Shown one piece after another: positions 37,886 to 48,107 of a stretch of DNA of 64,000 bases; the stretch's first letter is position 1; each line of letters starts with the position of its first letter. Under the pieces are notes generated by a model. That model saw only the letters and a list, made by a program, of their open reading frames with translations. It ran no database searches and was not told the origin of the DNA. Source of the stretch: Enterobacteria phage vB_EcoM_IME340. The translations under genes and the position numbers were made by a program. The DNA lies in sequence record MH051916; one strand, 5' to 3'.

Positions 37886-38901
37886 AAATTTTAAATTTAG
37901 GTGATTGGCATTTAGGCGTTAAAGCTGATGATGAGTGGATTCGCGGTATTCAAATTGATGGAATTAAGCAAGCGATAGAATATTCTAAGAAAAATGGAAT
38001 TACGGTATGGATTCAATACGGTGATATTTTTGATGTGCGAAAAGCGATCACGCATAAAACTATGGAGTTTGCCCGTGAAATAGTTCAAATGCTTGATGAT
38101 GCTGGTATTACCCTGCATACTGTTGTAGGAAACCATGATATGCACTTTAAAAATACTTTAACTCCAAATGCTTCTACTGAGCTTTTGGCTAAATATCCTA
38201 ATGTTAAAGTATATGATAAGCCTACTACAGTAGATTTTGACGGATGTTTGATTGATTTAATTCCTTGGATGTGCGAAGAAAATACTGGTGAAATTCTTGA
38301 ACACATTAAAACTTCATCTGCTTCCTTTTGTGTCGGTCACTGGGAACTGAATGGATTTTATTTTTATAAAGGAATGAAATCTCACGGTCTTGAACCTGAT
38401 TTCCTTAAGACTTATAAAGAAGTGTGGTCTGGTCACTTCCATACTATCTCTGAGGCTGCTAACGTCAGATATATTGGGACACCATGGACACTAACTGCAG
38501 GTGACGAGAATGACCCTCGTGGGTTCTGGATGTTTGATACAGAAACAGAACGAATGGAATTTATTCCAAACAACACTACCTGGCATCGTCGAATTCAATA
38601 TCCATTTAAGGGAAAAATTGACTATAAAGATTTTACAAATCTATCAGTACGTGTTATAGTAACTGAGGTAGACAAAAATCTGACGAAGTTCGAATCTGAA
38701 CTAGAAAAAGTTGTGCATTCATTACGAGTTGTGTCAAAGATTGATAACTCTGTCGAGTCAGATGATAGTGAAGAAGTTGAAGTTCAATCTCTTCAGACGT
38801 TGATGGAAGAATACATTAATGCAATTCCAGACATCACTGATTCTGATCGCGAAGCACTTATTCAATATGCAAATCAGTTATATGTAGAGGCAACACAATG
38901 A
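37882..38901 (+). CDS. 47: recombination nuclease subunit gp47 (Mre11-like)
   Basis: 339 aa; phosphoesterase motifs DWHLG, GDIFD, GNHD; T4 gene order. Confidence 0.9.
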   Translation: MKILNLGDWHLGVKADDEWIRGIQIDGIKQAIEYSKKNGITVWIQYGDIFDVRKAITHKTMEFAREIVQMLDDAGITLHTVVGNHDMHFKNTLTPNASTELLAKYPNVKVYDKPTTVDFDGCLIDLIPWMCEENTGEILEHIKTSSASFCVGHWELNGFYFYKGMKSHGLEPDFLKTYKEVWSGHFHTISEAANVRYIGTPWTLTAGDENDPRGFWMFDTETERMEFIPNNTTWHRRIQYPFKGKIDYKDFTNLSVRVIVTEVDKNLTKFESELEKVVHSLRVVSKIDNSVESDDSEEVEVQSLQTLMEEYINAIPDITDSDREALIQYANQLYVEATQ

Positions 38902-39161
38902 CTTTTGATGAATTTAAAAATGTTATGATGAGTCAGCATTTTGAATGCGAAGTAAAAGATGATATTGGGCATAAAGAAATTATTGAATACTGGTTTGAAC
39001 CACTAGAGGTTGAAGATAAGTGTATTAAAAAGGTTACGGTCTGCACTGACTGGGCTGTATCTTTTAACTTCAACATTTTAGATAATGACACACCTAAATC
39101 ATTACAAGATATGGCTGTATCTTGTATTAAGGATGCATACTGTGAAGTTTTCGACATTTGA
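38898..39161 (+). CDS. hypothetical protein (46.x/47.x position)
   Basis: 87 aa ORF overlapping 47 stop. Confidence 0.5.
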   Translation: MTFDEFKNVMMSQHFECEVKDDIGHKEIIEYWFEPLEVEDKCIKKVTVCTDWAVSFNFNILDNDTPKSLQDMAVSCIKDAYCEVFDI

Positions 39162-39348
39162 CATTAACGATGAATTCATAGCAAATATTGATTACACCGA
39201 AGAAGATTCTAGATATGTTGGAATAATTTATATCACATCAAAAGCAGCACAAGGTGTTGTTTGCATGGCTGAATTTGATGAATACTTTTTAGATTATGAT
39301 GATATGATAGAATGGTCTAAAAGATACATTAAAAGGAATCTTTTGTGA
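39133..39348 (+). CDS. hypothetical protein; start uncertain
   Basis: ATG 39133 or in-frame GTG 39142. Confidence 0.4.
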   Translation: MHTVKFSTFDINDEFIANIDYTEEDSRYVGIIYITSKAAQGVVCMAEFDEYFLDYDDMIEWSKRYIKRNLL

Positions 39349-41027
39349 AGAATTTTAAACTAAACCGAGTTAGGTATCAAAATATAATGTCAGTAGGTGG
39401 AAATCCTATTGACATTCAACTAGATAAGGTTCAAAAAACTCTTATTACTGGGCGAAATGGCGGTGGTAAGTCTACTATGTTAGAAGCCATCACATTTGGG
39501 CTTTTTGGCAAGCCATTTCGTGATGTAAAGAAAGGCCAATTAATAAACAGTACAAATAAGAAAGAACTTTTAGTTGAACTGTGGATGGAATATGATGAGA
39601 AAAAGTACTATATCAAAAGAGGACAAAAACCAAATGTTTTCGAAATCACCGTTAACGGTACACGTCTTAATGAATCTGCCAGCAGTAAAGATTTCCAAGC
39701 AGAATTTGAACAGCTTATCGGAATGTCATACGCCAGTTTCAAACAGATCGTCGTACTCGGCACGGCTGGATATACCCCTTTCATGGGCCTATCCACTCCT
39801 GCAAGAAGAAAACTCGTCGAAGACCTGCTCGAGGTAGGAACATTAGCTGAAATGGATAAGCTTAATAAAGCACTAATACGTGAATTAAATTCACAAAATC
39901 AAGTGCTTGATGTTAAAAAAGATAGTATTATCCAACAAATTAAAATATATAACGATAATGTTGAACGCCAGAAAAAATTAACTGGTGATAACCTTACTCG
40001 TCTGCAGAATATGTATGATGATTTGGCAAAAGAAGCTAGAACGCTAAAATCGGAAATAGAAGAAGCTAATGAAAGATTAGTTAATATTGTTTTGGATGAA
40101 GACCCGACTGATGCATTTAATAAAATCGGTCAAGAAGCATTTTTAATTAAATCAAAAATTGACTCGTATAATAAAGTCATTAATATGTATCACGAAGGTG
40201 GATTATGTCCAACCTGTTTGTCACAATTAAGTTCCGGTGATAAAGTTGTTTCTAAAATTAAAGATAAAGTTTCTGAATGTACGCATTCATTTGAACAGCT
40301 TTCAACACACCGTGATAATTTAAAAGTTCTTGTTGATGAATACCGAGATAATATTAAAACCCAGCAGACGTTGGCAAATGATATTCGCAATAAAAAGCAA
40401 TCCTTAATCACGACGGTAGATAAAGCTAAAAAAGTTAAAGCGGCTATAGAAAAAGCATCATCCGAGTTTATTGACCATGCTGATGAAATAGCACTGCTTC
40501 AAGAAGAACTTGATAAAATTGTTAAGACAAAAACTAATTTAGTAATGGAAAAATACCATAGAGGAATTTTGACTGATATGCTCAAAGATTCTGGTATTAA
40601 AGGTGCTATTATTAAAAAGTACATTCCATTATTTAATAAGCAGATTAACCATTATCTTAAAATAATGGAAGCGGATTATGTGTTTACATTAGATGAAGAA
40701 TTTAATGAGACAATTAAATCCCGTGGTCGTGAAGATTTTAGTTATGCTTCATTTAGTCAAGGTGAAAAAGCACGAATTGATATTGCTCTTTTATTTACTT
40801 GGCGTGATATTGCTGAAAAAGTTTCAGGTGTTAAAATAAACACACTAATTCTTGATGAAGTTTTTGATTCAGCAACTGATGTTGAAGGTGTAAAAGCTAT
40901 TTCAACTATTTTAGATAGTTTAAAAAATACTAATGTTTTTGTTATTTCGCATAGAGACCATGACCCACAAGCATATGGTCAGCATCTTCAAATGAAAAAA
41001 GTTGGTCGATTTACTGTAATGGTTTAA
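39345..41027 (+). CDS. 46: recombination ATPase gp46 (Rad50/SbcC-like)
   Basis: GTG start; Walker A GRNGGGKST, central coiled coil with CPTC zinc hook, C-terminal signature/Walker B LILDEVFD. Confidence 0.9.
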   Translation: MKNFKLNRVRYQNIMSVGGNPIDIQLDKVQKTLITGRNGGGKSTMLEAITFGLFGKPFRDVKKGQLINSTNKKELLVELWMEYDEKKYYIKRGQKPNVFEITVNGTRLNESASSKDFQAEFEQLIGMSYASFKQIVVLGTAGYTPFMGLSTPARRKLVEDLLEVGTLAEMDKLNKALIRELNSQNQVLDVKKDSIIQQIKIYNDNVERQKKLTGDNLTRLQNMYDDLAKEARTLKSEIEEANERLVNIVLDEDPTDAFNKIGQEAFLIKSKIDSYNKVINMYHEGGLCPTCLSQLSSGDKVVSKIKDKVSECTHSFEQLSTHRDNLKVLVDEYRDNIKTQQTLANDIRNKKQSLITTVDKAKKVKAAIEKASSEFIDHADEIALLQEELDKIVKTKTNLVMEKYHRGILTDMLKDSGIKGAIIKKYIPLFNKQINHYLKIMEADYVFTLDEEFNETIKSRGREDFSYASFSQGEKARIDIALLFTWRDIAEKVSGVKINTLILDEVFDSATDVEGVKAISTILDSLKNTNVFVISHRDHDPQAYGQHLQMKKVGRFTVMV

Positions 41028-41082
41028 TTTATAAGAGATTATGCTTTAATTTATTAGAGTATAATCTCTATGGAGGAAAAAC

Positions 41083-41271
41083 ATGGAATATTCAACTGGA
41101 CAGCATCTATTAACTATTCCTGAAATAAAACGATATATTCTGAGAAATAATTTTTCTAATGAAGAGCATATAGTTACTGAATCTATGCTTAAGAATGCAT
41201 TTAAAGCAGAATATACGAAAATAATGTCCAATAGAAATGAAGCTTGGACTGTTACTGATTATTATGACTAA
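41083..41271 (+). CDS. hypothetical protein (45.2 position)
   Basis: 62 aa ORF with SD GGAGGAAAAACATG. Confidence 0.5.
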   Translation: MEYSTGQHLLTIPEIKRYILRNNFSNEEHIVTESMLKNAFKAEYTKIMSNRNEAWTVTDYYD

Positions 41272-41280
41272 AGGTGTATT

Positions 41281-41670
41281 ATGACTAAAATTACTGTGAA
41301 TTATACTGTTGATGTAAAAGATATTCAGCCAAAACACGTGCGTTCTGAATCAAATCCGCAAAACCAAAATAAAATTCGTCGAGCATGGGTTTTGTCTCTT
41401 TCTGATAACGCAATGGAAGTTATTCAGAACAAAATTAAATCTGCACCTGCTCGTCATGCATATTATGAAGCTATCGATCGTGAAGTGAGTGATAAATGGA
41501 TTGAACTGATGCGCAAACATACGACAGAATCTCTAAATGCTGGTGCTAAATTTATTATGACTTCATGTGGTGAACGCCTTGAAGATGATTATTGCGGTAA
41601 TGCAGATGAACGTCTAATTGTTGCTGCTCAAATTGTTGCGGAAACAATTGCTGCTGATTTTAATCGTTAA
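41281..41670 (+). CDS. rpbA: RNA polymerase-binding protein RpbA
   Basis: 129 aa; size and position between 46 and 45 match T4 rpbA. Confidence 0.7.
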   Translation: MTKITVNYTVDVKDIQPKHVRSESNPQNQNKIRRAWVLSLSDNAMEVIQNKIKSAPARHAYYEAIDREVSDKWIELMRKHTTESLNAGAKFIMTSCGERLEDDYCGNADERLIVAAQIVAETIAADFNR

Positions 41671-41671
41671 T

Positions 41672-41694
41672 TGCTTTATTAAATTAGTTATAAA
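41672..41694 (+). promoter_or_regulatory. MotA-dependent middle promoter upstream of gene 45
   Basis: TGCTTTA MotA box at 41672-41678 and TATAAA -10 at 41689-41694. Confidence 0.5.
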
Positions 41695-41725
41695 ATTAAA
41701 TCTCATTTGAATTGAAGGAAATTAC

Positions 41726-42412
41726 ATGAAACTGTCTAAAGATACTACTGCTCTGCTTAAAAATTTCGCTACTATTAACTCTGGTATTATGCTTAAATCC
41801 GGTCAATTTATTATGACTCGCGCGGTTAATGGTACAACTTATGCAGAAGCAAATATTTCTGACACTATTGATTTTGATGTAGCAATTTATGATTTGAACG
41901 GTTTTCTCGGTATTCTGTCTCTAGTTAATGACGATGCAGAAATTTCCCAGTCAGAAGACGGTAATATTAAAATTGCTGATGCTCGTTCAACAATTTTTTG
42001 GCCAGCAGCCGATCCGAGTACAGTAGTTGCTCCTAATAAACCAATTCCATTCCCAGTAGCATCTGTTGTTACTGAAATTAAAGCTGAAGACCTTCAACAG
42101 CTATTGCGTGTATCTCGTGGTCTGCAGATTGATACAATCGCTATCACAGTAAAAGAAGGTAAAATCGTAATTAACGGTTTTAATAAAGTAGAAGATTCTG
42201 CTTTGACCCGTGTTAAATATTCTTTGACTCTTGGTGATTATGATGGTGAAAACACATTTAATTTCATTATCAATATGGCAAATATGAAAATGCAACCAGG
42301 AAATTATAAACTTCTGCTCTGGGCAAAAGGTAAACAAGGTGCTGCTAAATTTGAAGGTGAACACGCGAATTATGTAGTAGCTCTTGAAGCTGATTCTACC
42401 CACGATTTTTAA
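41726..42412 (+). CDS. 45: sliding clamp gp45
   Basis: 228 aa; T4 gene order and size. Confidence 0.9.
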   Translation: MKLSKDTTALLKNFATINSGIMLKSGQFIMTRAVNGTTYAEANISDTIDFDVAIYDLNGFLGILSLVNDDAEISQSEDGNIKIADARSTIFWPAADPSTVVAPNKPIPFPVASVVTEIKAEDLQQLLRVSRGLQIDTIAITVKEGKIVINGFNKVEDSALTRVKYSLTLGDYDGENTFNFIINMANMKMQPGNYKLLLWAKGKQGAAKFEGEHANYVVALEADSTHDF

Positions 42413-42414
42413 TA

Positions 42415-42435
42415 GAGGGCTTCGGCCCTTTATAA
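42415..42435 (+). terminator. GC hairpin with UUCG loop (terminator)
   Basis: GAGGGC-TTCG-GCCCTT followed by TATAATTT. Confidence 0.5.
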
Positions 42436-42463
42436 TTTACACTAAAACTTGAATGAGGAAATT

Positions 42464-43423
42464 ATGATTACTGTAAATGAAAAAGAACACATTCTTGAAC
42501 AGAAATATCGTCCATCTACTATCGATGAATGTATTCTTCCCGCCTTTGATAAAGAAACCTTTAAATCTATTACAAGTAAAGGTAAGATTCCGCATATTAT
42601 TCTTCATTCTCCTTCTCCAGGAACAGGTAAAACAACTGTAGCAAAAGCATTGTGTCATGACGTAAATGCTGATATGATGTTTGTGAATGGATCAGATTGT
42701 AAAATTGATTTCGTTCGCGGTCCTTTGACCAATTTTGCTAGTGCAGCTTCATTTGATGGTCGTCAAAAAGTAATCGTCATTGATGAATTTGACCGTTCAG
42801 GATTAGCAGAGTCTCAGCGACATCTTCGTTCCTTTATGGAAGCTTATAGTTCAAACTGTAGTATTATTATTACTGCTAACAATATTGATGGTATTATTAA
42901 ACCGCTTCAGTCACGCTGCCGAGTTATTACGTTCGGTCAACCGACCGATGAAGATAAAATTGAAATGATGAAGCAGATGATTCGTCGATTGACTGAAATC
43001 TGTAAGCATGAAGGAATTGCTATAGCTGATATGAAAGTTGTAGCAGCTTTGGTTAAAAAGAATTTTCCTGATTTTCGTAAAACTATTGGCGAGCTCGATA
43101 GTTATTCATCTAAAGGTGTTTTGGATGCTGGTATTTTATCACTGGTTACTAACGATCGTGGTGCTATTGATGATGTTCTTGAGTCTCTCAAAAATAAAGA
43201 TGTTAAACAACTCAGAGCTTTAGCACCAAAATATGCGGCTGATTATTCGTGGTTCGTTGGTAAACTTGCTGAAGAAATCTATACACGCGTAACTCCGCAA
43301 AGTATTATTCGTATGTATGAAATTGTTGGTGAAAATAACCAGTATCATGGAATTGCGGCTAATACTGAATTACATTTAGCATATCTTTTCATTCAATTAG
43401 CGTGTGAAATGCAGTGGAAGTGA
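42464..43423 (+). CDS. 44: clamp-loader large subunit gp44
   Basis: ATG 42464 after GAGGAAATT; Walker [18 protein letters not shown] motif. Confidence 0.9.
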   Translation: MITVNEKEHILEQKYRPSTIDECILPAFDKETFKSITSKGKIPHIILHSPSPGTGKTTVAKALCHDVNADMMFVNGSDCKIDFVRGPLTNFASAASFDGRQKVIVIDEFDRSGLAESQRHLRSFMEAYSSNCSIIITANNIDGIIKPLQSRCRVITFGQPTDEDKIEMMKQMIRRLTEICKHEGIAIADMKVVAALVKKNFPDFRKTIGELDSYSSKGVLDAGILSLVTNDRGAIDDVLESLKNKDVKQLRALAPKYAADYSWFVGKLAEEIYTRVTPQSIIRMYEIVGENNQYHGIAANTELHLAYLFIQLACEMQWK

Positions 43424-43424
43424 T

Positions 43425-43988
43425 ATGAGCTTATTTGAAGATGATATTCAATTAAACGAGCATCAAGTTGCTTGGTATTCAAAAGATTGGACAGCTGTCC
43501 AATCTGCTGCTGATTCTTTTAAAGAAAAAGCTGAAAATGAATTTTTTGAAATAATTGGAGCTATTAATAATAAAACTAAATGCTCTATTGCTCAAAAAGA
43601 TTATTCAAAATACATGGTTGAGAATGCATTATCACAATTTCCTGAGTGCATGCCAGCTGTATATGCTATGAATTTAATTGGATCAGGTTTAAGTGATGAA
43701 GCCCATTTTAATTATCTGATGGCTGCTGTTCCTCGGGGTAAAAGATATGGTAAATGGGCAAAACTGGTTGAAGATTCTACCGAAGTATTGATTATTAAGT
43801 TACTTGCTAAGCGGTATCAAGTTAATACAAATGATGCAATTAACTATAAATCAATTCTTACTAAAAATGGAAAACTTCCTTTAGTATTAAAAGAACTAAA
43901 AGGTTTAGTCACGGATGATTTTTTGAAAGAAGTGACTAAGAATGTAAAAGAACAGAAACAACTCAAAAAACTAGCATTGGAATGGTAA
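43425..43988 (+). CDS. 62: clamp-loader small subunit gp62
   Basis: ATG 43425 immediately after gp44 stop; 187 aa. Confidence 0.85.
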   Translation: MSLFEDDIQLNEHQVAWYSKDWTAVQSAADSFKEKAENEFFEIIGAINNKTKCSIAQKDYSKYMVENALSQFPECMPAVYAMNLIGSGLSDEAHFNYLMAAVPRGKRYGKWAKLVEDSTEVLIIKLLAKRYQVNTNDAINYKSILTKNGKLPLVLKELKGLVTDDFLKEVTKNVKEQKQLKKLALEW

Positions 43989-43989
43989 A

Positions 43990-44358
43990 ATGATTGAAAT
44001 TACTCTTAAAAAACCTGAAGATTTTCTGAAAGTAAAAGAAACTTTGACTCGTATGGGAATTGCTAATAATAAAGATAAAGTTCTGTATCAGTCCTGCCAC
44101 ATTCTTCAGAAAAAAGGACTATACTATATCGTTCATTTTAAAGAAATGCTTCGTATGGATGGTCGCCAGGTTGAAATGACAGAAGAAGATGAAGTTCGTC
44201 GTGATTCGATTGCATGGCTGTTAGAAGATTGGGGACTGATTGAAATCGTTCCTGGTCAAAGAACTTTTATGAAAGATTTAACCAATAACTTCCGAGTTAT
44301 TTCTTTTAAACAAAAACATGAATGGAAACTCGTTCCTAAATATACGATTGGCAATTAA
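43990..44358 (+). CDS. regA: translational repressor RegA
   Basis: 122 aa; MIEITLKKPEDFLKVKETLTRMGIANNKDKVLYQSCHILQKKGLYYIVHFKEM.. Confidence 0.9.
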   Translation: MIEITLKKPEDFLKVKETLTRMGIANNKDKVLYQSCHILQKKGLYYIVHFKEMLRMDGRQVEMTEEDEVRRDSIAWLLEDWGLIEIVPGQRTFMKDLTNNFRVISFKQKHEWKLVPKYTIGN

Positions 44359-44380
44359 GCAAGGGGCTTCGGCCCCTTAT
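44359..44380 (+). terminator. rho-independent terminator
   Basis: AAGGGGC-TTCG-GCCCCTT followed by ATTT. Confidence 0.6.
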
Positions 44381-44436
44381 TTGGAGTATAATATATCAAG
44401 AGCCTAATAACTCGGGCTATAAACTAAGGAATATCT

Positions 44437-47133
44437 ATGAAAGAATTTTATATCTCTATTGAAACAGTCGGAAATAACATTGTTGAACGTTATATTGATG
44501 AAAACGGAAAGGAACGTACTCGTGAAGTAGAATATCTTCCGACTATGTTTAGACACTGTAAGGAAGAATCAAAATACAAAGACATTTACGGTAAAAACTG
44601 CGCTCCTCAAAAATTTCCATCAATGAAAGATGCCCGAGATTGGATGAAACGAATGGAAGACATCGGTCTCGAAGCTCTCGGTATGAACGATTTTAAACTC
44701 GCTTATATCAGTGATACATATGGTTCAGAAATTGTTTATGACCGAAAATTTGTTCGTGTAGCTAATTGTGACATTGAGGTTACTGGCGATAAATTTCCTG
44801 ACCCAATGAAAGCAGAATATGAAATTGATGCTATCACTCATTATGATTCAATTGACGACCGTTTTTACGTCTTTGATTTGTTGAATTCAATGTACGGTTC
44901 AGTATCAAAATGGGATGCAAAGTTAGCTGCTAAACTTGACTGTGAAGGTGGTGATGAAGTTCCTCAAGAAATTCTTGACCGAGTAATTTATATGCCATTT
45001 GATAATGAGCGTGATATGCTCATGGAATATATTAATCTCTGGGAACAGAAACGACCTGCTATTTTTACTGGTTGGAATATTGAGGGATTTGACGTTCCGT
45101 ATATCATGAATCGTGTTAAAATGGTTCTCGGCGAACGTAGTATGAAACGCTTCTCTCCAATCGGTCGAGTAAAATCTAAACTAATTCAAAATATGTACGG
45201 TAGCAAAGAAATTTATTCTATTGATGGCGTATCTATTCTTGATTATTTAGATTTGTACAAGAAATTCGCATTTACTAATTTGCCATCATTCTCTTTGGAA
45301 TCAGTTGCTCAGCACGAAACCAAAAAAGGTAAATTACCATATGATGGTCCTATTAATAAACTTCGCGAGACTAATCATCAACGATACATTAGTTATAACA
45401 TTATTGACGTAGAATCAGTTCAAGCAATTGATAAAATTCGTGGGTTTATCGATCTAGTTTTAAGTATGTCTTATTATGCTAAAATGCCTTTTTCTGGCGT
45501 AATGAGTCCTATTAAAACTTGGGATGCTATTATTTTTAACTCACTGAAAGGTGAACATAAGGTTATTCCTCAACAAGGTTCGCACGTTAAACAAAGTTTT
45601 CCAGGTGCATTTGTGTTTGAACCTAAACCGATTGCTCGTCGATACATTATGAGTTTTGACTTGACGTCTCTGTATCCTAGCATTATTCGTCAGGTTAACA
45701 TTAGTCCTGAGACTATTCGTGGGCAGTTTAAAGTTCATCCAATTCATGAATACATCGCAGGAACAGCTCCTAAGCCAAGTGATGAATATTCTTGTTCTCC
45801 GAATGGATGGATGTATGATAAGCATCAAGAAGGTATCATTCCAAAGGAAATCGCTAAAGTATTTTTCCAACGTAAAGATTGGAAAAAGAAAATGTTCGCC
45901 GAAGAAATGAATGCCGAAGCTATTAAAAAGATTATTATGAAAGGCGCAGGGTCTTGTTCAACTAAACCAGAAGTTGAACGATATGTTAAGTTCAATGATG
46001 ATTTCTTAAACGAATTATCGAATTACACCGAATCTGTTCTTAATAGTCTGATTGAAGAATGTGAAAAAGCAGCTACACTTGCTAACACAAATCAGCTAAA
46101 CCGTAAAATTCTTATCAACAGTCTTTATGGTGCTCTTGGTAACATTCATTTCCGTTACTATGATTTGCGAAATGCTACTGCTATCACAATTTTTGGTCAA
46201 GTCGGTATTCAGTGGATTGCTCGTAAAATTAATGAATACCTGAATAAGGTGTGTGGAACTGATGGTGAAGATTTCATCGCAGCAGGTGATACTGATTCTG
46301 TATATGTTTGCGTAGATAAAGTTATTGAAAAAGTAGGTCTTGACCGCTTTAAAGAACAAAATGATTTAGTTGAATTCATGAATCAGTTCGGTAAGAAAAA
46401 GATGGAACCTATGATTGATGTTGCATATCGTGAGTTATGTGATTATATGAATAACCGCGAGCATCTGATGCATATGGACCGTGAAGCTATTTCTTGTCCA
46501 CCGCTTGGTTCAAAGGGTGTTGGTGGATTTTGGAAAGCGAAAAAACGTTATGCTCTGAACGTTTATGATATGGAAGATAAACGATTTGCTGAACCGCATC
46601 TAAAAATCATGGGTATGGAAACTCAACAAAGTTCAACACCAAAAGCAGTACAAGAAGCTCTCGAAGAAAGTATTCGTCGTATTCTTCAGGAAGGTGAAGA
46701 GTCTGTCCAAGAATACTACAAGAACTTTGAGAAAGAATATCGTCAGCTTGACTATAAAGTTATTGCTGAAGTAAAAACCGCGAACGATATAGCTAAATAT
46801 GATGATAAAGGTTGGCCAGGATTTAAATGCCCGTTCCACATTCGTGGTGTGCTAACTTATCGTCGAGCTGTTAATGGTTTAGGTGTAGCTCCAATTTTGG
46901 ATGGAAATAAGGTAATGGTTCTTCCATTACGTGAGGGAAATCCATTTGGTGACAAGTGCATTGCTTGGCCATCGGGTACGGAACTTCCAAAAGAAATTCG
47001 TTCTGATGTACTGTCTTGGATTGACTACTCAACTTTGTTCCAAAAATCGTTTGTTAAACCGCTTGCGGGTATGTGTGAATCGGCAGGTATGGACTATGAG
47101 GAAAAAGCTTCGTTAGACTTCCTGTTTGGCTGA
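44437..47133 (+). CDS. 43: DNA polymerase gp43 (family B)
   Basis: 898 aa; exonuclease motifs (..NCDIEV..), polymerase motifs DLTSLYPSII, KILINSLYG, GDTDSV. Confidence 0.95.
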   Translation: MKEFYISIETVGNNIVERYIDENGKERTREVEYLPTMFRHCKEESKYKDIYGKNCAPQKFPSMKDARDWMKRMEDIGLEALGMNDFKLAYISDTYGSEIVYDRKFVRVANCDIEVTGDKFPDPMKAEYEIDAITHYDSIDDRFYVFDLLNSMYGSVSKWDAKLAAKLDCEGGDEVPQEILDRVIYMPFDNERDMLMEYINLWEQKRPAIFTGWNIEGFDVPYIMNRVKMVLGERSMKRFSPIGRVKSKLIQNMYGSKEIYSIDGVSILDYLDLYKKFAFTNLPSFSLESVAQHETKKGKLPYDGPINKLRETNHQRYISYNIIDVESVQAIDKIRGFIDLVLSMSYYAKMPFSGVMSPIKTWDAIIFNSLKGEHKVIPQQGSHVKQSFPGAFVFEPKPIARRYIMSFDLTSLYPSIIRQVNISPETIRGQFKVHPIHEYIAGTAPKPSDEYSCSPNGWMYDKHQEGIIPKEIAKVFFQRKDWKKKMFAEEMNAEAIKKIIMKGAGSCSTKPEVERYVKFNDDFLNELSNYTESVLNSLIEECEKAATLANTNQLNRKILINSLYGALGNIHFRYYDLRNATAITIFGQVGIQWIARKINEYLNKVCGTDGEDFIAAGDTDSVYVCVDKVIEKVGLDRFKEQNDLVEFMNQFGKKKMEPMIDVAYRELCDYMNNREHLMHMDREAISCPPLGSKGVGGFWKAKKRYALNVYDMEDKRFAEPHLKIMGMETQQSSTPKAVQEALEESIRRILQEGEESVQEYYKNFEKEYRQLDYKVIAEVKTANDIAKYDDKGWPGFKCPFHIRGVLTYRRAVNGLGVAPILDGNKVMVLPLREGNPFGDKCIAWPSGTELPKEIRSDVLSWIDYSTLFQKSFVKPLAGMCESAGMDYEEKASLDFLFG

Positions 47134-47146
47134 TAGAATAAATCTA

Positions 47147-47167
47147 GGGACCTCCGGGTCCCTTTTT
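47147..47167 (+). terminator. rho-independent terminator
   Basis: GGGACC-TCCG-GGTCCC followed by TTTTT. Confidence 0.8.
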
Positions 47168-47225
47168 CATACAAGTAATATAAATCTATACTTAGGAAAA
47201 ATAGGTGATTCTGGACTTCTGGAAT

Positions 47226-47314
47226 TCATTAAAATTTTTTTCACAAAACTGTTTACAAGACTGTTCTTCCGTGGTACTATACAACTATCAACTGATACGG
47301 ATTTGGAGAATGAA
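47226..47314 (+). repeat. repeated early promoter-leader cassette (PeSL-like), copy C
   Basis: Matches copies at 4955 and 20805 including GGTACTATACAACTATCAACTGATACGGATTTGGAGAAT. Confidence 0.75.
47251..47282 (+). promoter_or_regulatory. sigma70-type early promoter
   Basis: GTTTAC 47251-47256, -10 TACTAT 47275-47280. Confidence 0.65.
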
Positions 47315-47695
47315 ATGAAAATCGCTATTTTGGTTATTACATTGGGTCTTACTGGTTGTGTAGCTCAAGGACCGGTAGTAAATCAATCTGATGTAGGAAA
47401 AATTGTAAACTGTTCAAGCAAATTTTATAATCCTAATGTTAAGTGTTATAAAGAAGCTCCAAAACAGACAGTAGAACAAATGCAGGCGAATTTTGACGAA
47501 GCTATTCGTCCAGATGAATCTGCCCAAGCATATCGTAATTCAGATGTAATTACACGCGAAGAAAAAATTGAAAGCTACTGCGCTGAACTTTGGGCAAATT
47601 GGGCTAATAATTACCAATGGCGTACTGGTAAAAATGCTCCGATGGAGTATGTAGTGAATTCTTATAATTCATGTGTAAAAAATTTGACTAAGTGA
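47315..47695 (+). CDS. lipoprotein
   Basis: ATG 47315; signal peptide with lipobox LTGC; track ORF 47126 is a spurious extension through the promoter. Confidence 0.6.
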   Translation: MKIAILVITLGLTGCVAQGPVVNQSDVGKIVNCSSKFYNPNVKCYKEAPKQTVEQMQANFDEAIRPDESAQAYRNSDVITREEKIESYCAELWANWANNYQWRTGKNAPMEYVVNSYNSCVKNLTK

Positions 47696-47702
47696 GGAAA
47701 AC

Positions 47703-47954
47703 ATGGAAACTTTAGTAGCAGGTTCAATTTTTATGGTTTTAGTTTCAGGCGTGTTGGCTATTATTATATACATGCTTCCGTGGTTCATCGCCTTGATGCG
47801 CGGGTCAAAATCGACAGTAGGAATCTTTTTCACATCTTTACTGTTTAACTGGTCAATCATTGGTTGGTTTATTACATTTATTTGGTCAATTGCGGGTGAA
47901 ACTAAAAAATCTGTACAGCAAAATCAAGTAATTATCATCAGAGAGAAGGAATGA
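47703..47954 (+). CDS. imm: superinfection immunity protein Imm (membrane)
   Basis: 83 aa two-helix membrane protein between 43 and 42, as for T4 imm. Confidence 0.65.
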   Translation: METLVAGSIFMVLVSGVLAIIIYMLPWFIALMRGSKSTVGIFFTSLLFNWSIIGWFITFIWSIAGETKKSVQQNQVIIIREKE

Positions 47955-48100
47955 AAAGCAAAATTTTAGCAGTATTGCTTTTAATCTTGATGATTATAAT
48001 AAGTATATACTATAGCGTAGCAGTTCCTTGTATGATTCCAACGCTTATTATAGGTTGGAGTTTATTACTGTTACAAGTTAAATATGAATGTATCAATTGA
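47951..48100 (+). CDS. small membrane protein (49 aa)
   Basis: ATG overlapping imm stop; hydrophobic. Confidence 0.35.
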   Translation: MKSKILAVLLLILMIIISIYYSVAVPCMIPTLIIGWSLLLLQVKYECIN

Positions 48101-48107
48101 GGTTTAA

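Noticed and set aside
45541-46839. Minus-strand ORFs inside gene 43 (45541-45870, 46096-46359, 46633-46839) and similar antisense ORFs elsewhere
   Set aside because: They are nested antisense within well-supported plus-strand genes of an AT-rich genome, lack SD sequences, and all neighbours are transcribed on the plus strand. The one exception accepted is 55440-55640, which has a strong AGGAGG.
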